Positions 61,920 to 64,000 of a stretch of DNA of 64,000 bases are shown here, piece after piece. The translations under genes were made by a program, and so were the position numbers. The notes beneath the pieces are model-generated. The model did no database searches. It worked only from the letters and a program-made list of their open reading frames with translations, and was not told where the DNA came from. Positions within the stretch are counted from its first letter, which is position 1; the number at the start of each line of letters is the position of its first letter. The stretch is taken from IMG/VR virus record IMGVR_UViG_3300025093_000020, one strand, 5' to 3'. The DNA comes from a virus.

Positions 61920-62125
61920 GATAGGAGATCCTTGAAGCTGGTGGCGATGGCGGCCGATTGCTTGCAGAATTCCTCGACCTGGCGATTCAAGGCTTCGATC
62001 TGCCGGTTCGATTGAAGCAAGCGGAGGGTGAGTTCTTCATTCTGGGAGCGCAATTTCCCGTTGCGCTCCCGAAGCTCCAGCAGTTCATTCTGCAGGCGGC
62101 CGATTTTCAGATTGGCGGCATCCAT
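61916..62125 (-). CDS. coiled-coil protein (69 aa) ending SFKDLLS
   Basis: ORF track. Confidence 0.5.
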   Translation of the reverse strand: MDAANLKIGRLQNELLELRERNGKLRSQNEELTLRLLQSNRQIEALNRQVEEFCKQSAAIATSFKDLLS

Positions 62126-62685
62126 TACGCACCGTCATCCTCGACAGGCCCGGCGTTATGCAAATCACGCTGCGCCCGATAATGAGACACCTGGCGCTGA
62201 CGTTCTTCCAGTTCCCGCAGGTATTTCATCGACACCTTGACCATCGGTTGCAGCATTTTGTCCACACCGCCTGATTGGTGAATTGGGTGATCGATACCGC
62301 CCACAAAGCCGCCGTTTGCCGGCGATGGCCAAGCACGATCTGCTGAGACGTACATGTGCCCTTGTTCCACCGCCTCCTGCGCCCGCTTCTCTTCGATCAG
62401 CAGGTAGGTTGCAGCCGCGTAGACGATGGCCCCCAGCAGCTCGTGCTTGGCCGCCTCCAGCTTGCCAGCGGCGGCCATGGTACACGCCTCCTGGGTCTTC
62501 TTGATGACCTGGTAAGCGGCGCCGTCGATCTTGCTCGGCAGCATGCGGTTGATCTCGAAGATCGGCTGATCGGTGAACGCGCGGCCGTTGGCGTGGCGCT
62601 CCTTGCCTTTACCCCGGGCAGCCTGATCGAAGGCGGCGGTCAGCACGGCGGCGAGGTCTTCGTATCCGGGAACATCCATGGTCAT
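62125..62685 (-). CDS. all-alpha NTP pyrophosphohydrolase-like protein (DUF5664 / dATP-dGTP diphosphohydrolase N-domain-like, 186 aa)
   Basis: RGKGKERHANGRAFTDQP...GAAYQVIKKTQEA block, recalled from the MazZ-like family. Confidence 0.45.
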   Translation of the reverse strand: MTMDVPGYEDLAAVLTAAFDQAARGKGKERHANGRAFTDQPIFEINRMLPSKIDGAAYQVIKKTQEACTMAAAGKLEAAKHELLGAIVYAAATYLLIEEKRAQEAVEQGHMYVSADRAWPSPANGGFVGGIDHPIHQSGGVDKMLQPMVKVSMKYLRELEERQRQVSHYRAQRDLHNAGPVEDDGA

Positions 62686-63686
62686 CAGAATGCCTTTCCA
62701 CCGGGCTGCAGCCGGTTTTCAATCTTGTGGTCGGGGCGGGTGGCGTTGTAGGCACGCTTCTGCGCCATCACGTCGAGCAGGTTGATATGCTCAATCTCAG
62801 CTATCCGGAGGGCAGTGAGGATGCCGATCGCCATCTGCTTGACGTATTTCTCGACGCGACCCTTGCGGTAATCCTCCATGGCGCGTGCAATAATCTTGAC
62901 CAATTCCATGAGGCGATCGCTGCGCGACCCAGCTTTAAGTTCAGGCTCGGTCGGCATGAACAGATCAGCGCACTCGCCCAAGCGAACGAGGCGTTCCCAA
63001 TCGGGCATCTTCGCACCAGCCGACACCTCTGCGCCGATCTGGTCGAACTGCCGGATTGCAAAGTCAGCCAGTTCGACATCATACATCGGCAGATACGGCA
63101 GCTTGTCGTCCATCGCACCAGCAGCGCCCTCTGCCGCTTCTGCGAGTTCGCTCACCGCCAGCATCAACATCTCAGGACGATTGCGGGTGTGCAGAACGCT
63201 CTCGCCGGTATTGATGTCGGTCCACCAACCCGCCACCACGTTGGCAGCATGGATATCGATCGCCATCTGGGCGAGGTCGGGCTTGATGACGTAGTTGAGG
63301 TTACTGAGGGTGTCGCGGGTAGGAGTCGACTCGATGATGAACATCGGGCGAAGGGCTTTGAGGTTTATCTCGCGTTTCTTCGCGAGATCGAAGAAACCTT
63401 CATCGTGCGCCTTTTCAAGGTGTTCCTTGATCTGATCGCGCAATTTCTGGCCCTGCTCGGGCGACAGTTCGGGGGAATACAGATCCGCCTTGTTAAAGAC
63501 TACCGAGGTCATCTCGATCGGCTTTCGTGCGTCCAGCAGCGCATGGAAAAGCGCAAAGGAGTCGTTCTTCCAGTCGTTCACACTGAGACGACAGGGTTGT
63601 CCGTGGCGCAACACATTGACCGGCAGGTCGTTGTTGTCCGGATCGTATTCCACCGACCACTTTTCATCGATCTTGAGCGTTTTCAT
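62685..63686 (-). CDS. Unknown N-terminal domain fused to a MazG-like NTP pyrophosphohydrolase (333 aa)
   Basis: EMLMLAVSELAEAAEG...DDKL...DVELADFAIR acidic metal-binding helices. C-terminal KRAYNATRPDHKIENRLQPGGKAF is typical of phage MazG-like proteins. Confidence 0.6.
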   Translation of the reverse strand: MKTLKIDEKWSVEYDPDNNDLPVNVLRHGQPCRLSVNDWKNDSFALFHALLDARKPIEMTSVVFNKADLYSPELSPEQGQKLRDQIKEHLEKAHDEGFFDLAKKREINLKALRPMFIIESTPTRDTLSNLNYVIKPDLAQMAIDIHAANVVAGWWTDINTGESVLHTRNRPEMLMLAVSELAEAAEGAAGAMDDKLPYLPMYDVELADFAIRQFDQIGAEVSAGAKMPDWERLVRLGECADLFMPTEPELKAGSRSDRLMELVKIIARAMEDYRKGRVEKYVKQMAIGILTALRIAEIEHINLLDVMAQKRAYNATRPDHKIENRLQPGGKAF

Positions 63687-63916
63687 TACTTCGCTCCTTC
63701 GACCAGGGTCACGAGATCGCCGACCGTTTTCAGGTCTTCGATCTCTGCGTCGGAAAGGTCGACGCCAAGCTTTTCCTCGACCTCCATGATGATTTCGATG
63801 ATGTCGAGGCTGTCAGCCATCTCCTTGAGGTTGGTCTCGCGCGTCAGCTTTTCAGGGACGTGCGTGCCACGGATTTCCCGGATGGCGGTGACCACGGTTT
63901 CTTCGATATTGCTCAT
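63686..63916 (-). CDS. Acyl carrier protein (76 aa)
   Basis: Phosphopantetheine attachment motif MADSLDIIEIIMEVEEKLGV, with overall ACP length and charge. Confidence 0.8.
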   Translation of the reverse strand: MSNIEETVVTAIREIRGTHVPEKLTRETNLKEMADSLDIIEIIMEVEEKLGVDLSDAEIEDLKTVGDLVTLVEGAK

Positions 63917-64000
63917 GCCATCACCTTCTTCACGATGCGCTGGATTGCGGTGTCGATGCTGACCTTCTTCGCCCGCCGGAAGGTATCGAGGCTCAGGTGC
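63913..64000 (-). CDS. 3' end of an upstream gene (partial; C-terminus ...SIDTAIQRIVKKVMA)
   Basis: Open frame running in from the window edge. Its TGA overlaps the ACP start as ATGA. Confidence 0.35.
   Translation of the reverse strand, partial: HLSLDTFRRAKKVSIDTAIQRIVKKVMA

Noticed and set aside
1-64000. Host-prophage junctions or host genes within the window
   Set aside because: Every segment is explained by phage-type genes or phage regulatory DNA. No tRNA, att direct repeat pair or housekeeping gene was seen, so no junction is called.

Overview
The whole 64-kb window reads as one GC-rich, mosaic, temperate siphovirus-type phage or prophage genome from an alphaproteobacterium. It looks Rhodobacterales-like: RcGTA-type distal tail genes, GapR, class II RNR. 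I see no unambiguous host gene. All homology calls come from motifs I recognise by eye; no searches were run.

Layout:
- 1-3030: small early ORFs, two CTG-rich micro-tandem arrays, and an iteron-rich origin-like region.
- 3031-5955 (-): HTH protein plus Prim-Pol/VirE primase-helicase.
- 6081-21672 (+): early and replication operon. It carries an H-NS-like protein, Cas4-like nuclease, SSB-like protein, family-B-type DNA polymerase, VRR-NUC, NrdJ, dCMP deaminase, SNF2 helicase, CI-like HTH, a frameshifted C5-methyltransferase, MmcB-like, YpsA/SLOG-like and PP-loop-like proteins.
- 21847-24036: tyrosine integrase, a lower-GC secreted-protein moron, and AlpA.
- 24029-52655 (+): lambda-like packaging and head genes (gpA, W, B, C, D and E analogues), tail genes including a 1630-aa tape measure and a GTA-type TIM-barrel/BR0599 protein, and a lysis cassette.
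- 52645-64000 (-): a tightly coupled leftward operon with a beta-class DNA methyltransferase, ThyX, three MazG-type proteins, GapR, a BRCT-plus-TM protein, many small ORFs and an acyl carrier protein.

Most interesting signals:
1. A short peptide motif [S/D/T/N]-F-x-[D/E]-L-L recurs at the extreme C- or N-termini of about 12 otherwise unrelated proteins.
2. A 15-bp palindrome, TCACGT-N3-ACGTGA, sits at many operon and gene boundaries.
3. An exact 17-bp tandem duplication splits the C5-methyltransferase.
4. An iteron/ATTTAAAT origin-like architecture lies downstream of the primase gene.
5. An unusual nucleotide-metabolism, ACP and BRCT-TM gene set occupies the leftward operon.
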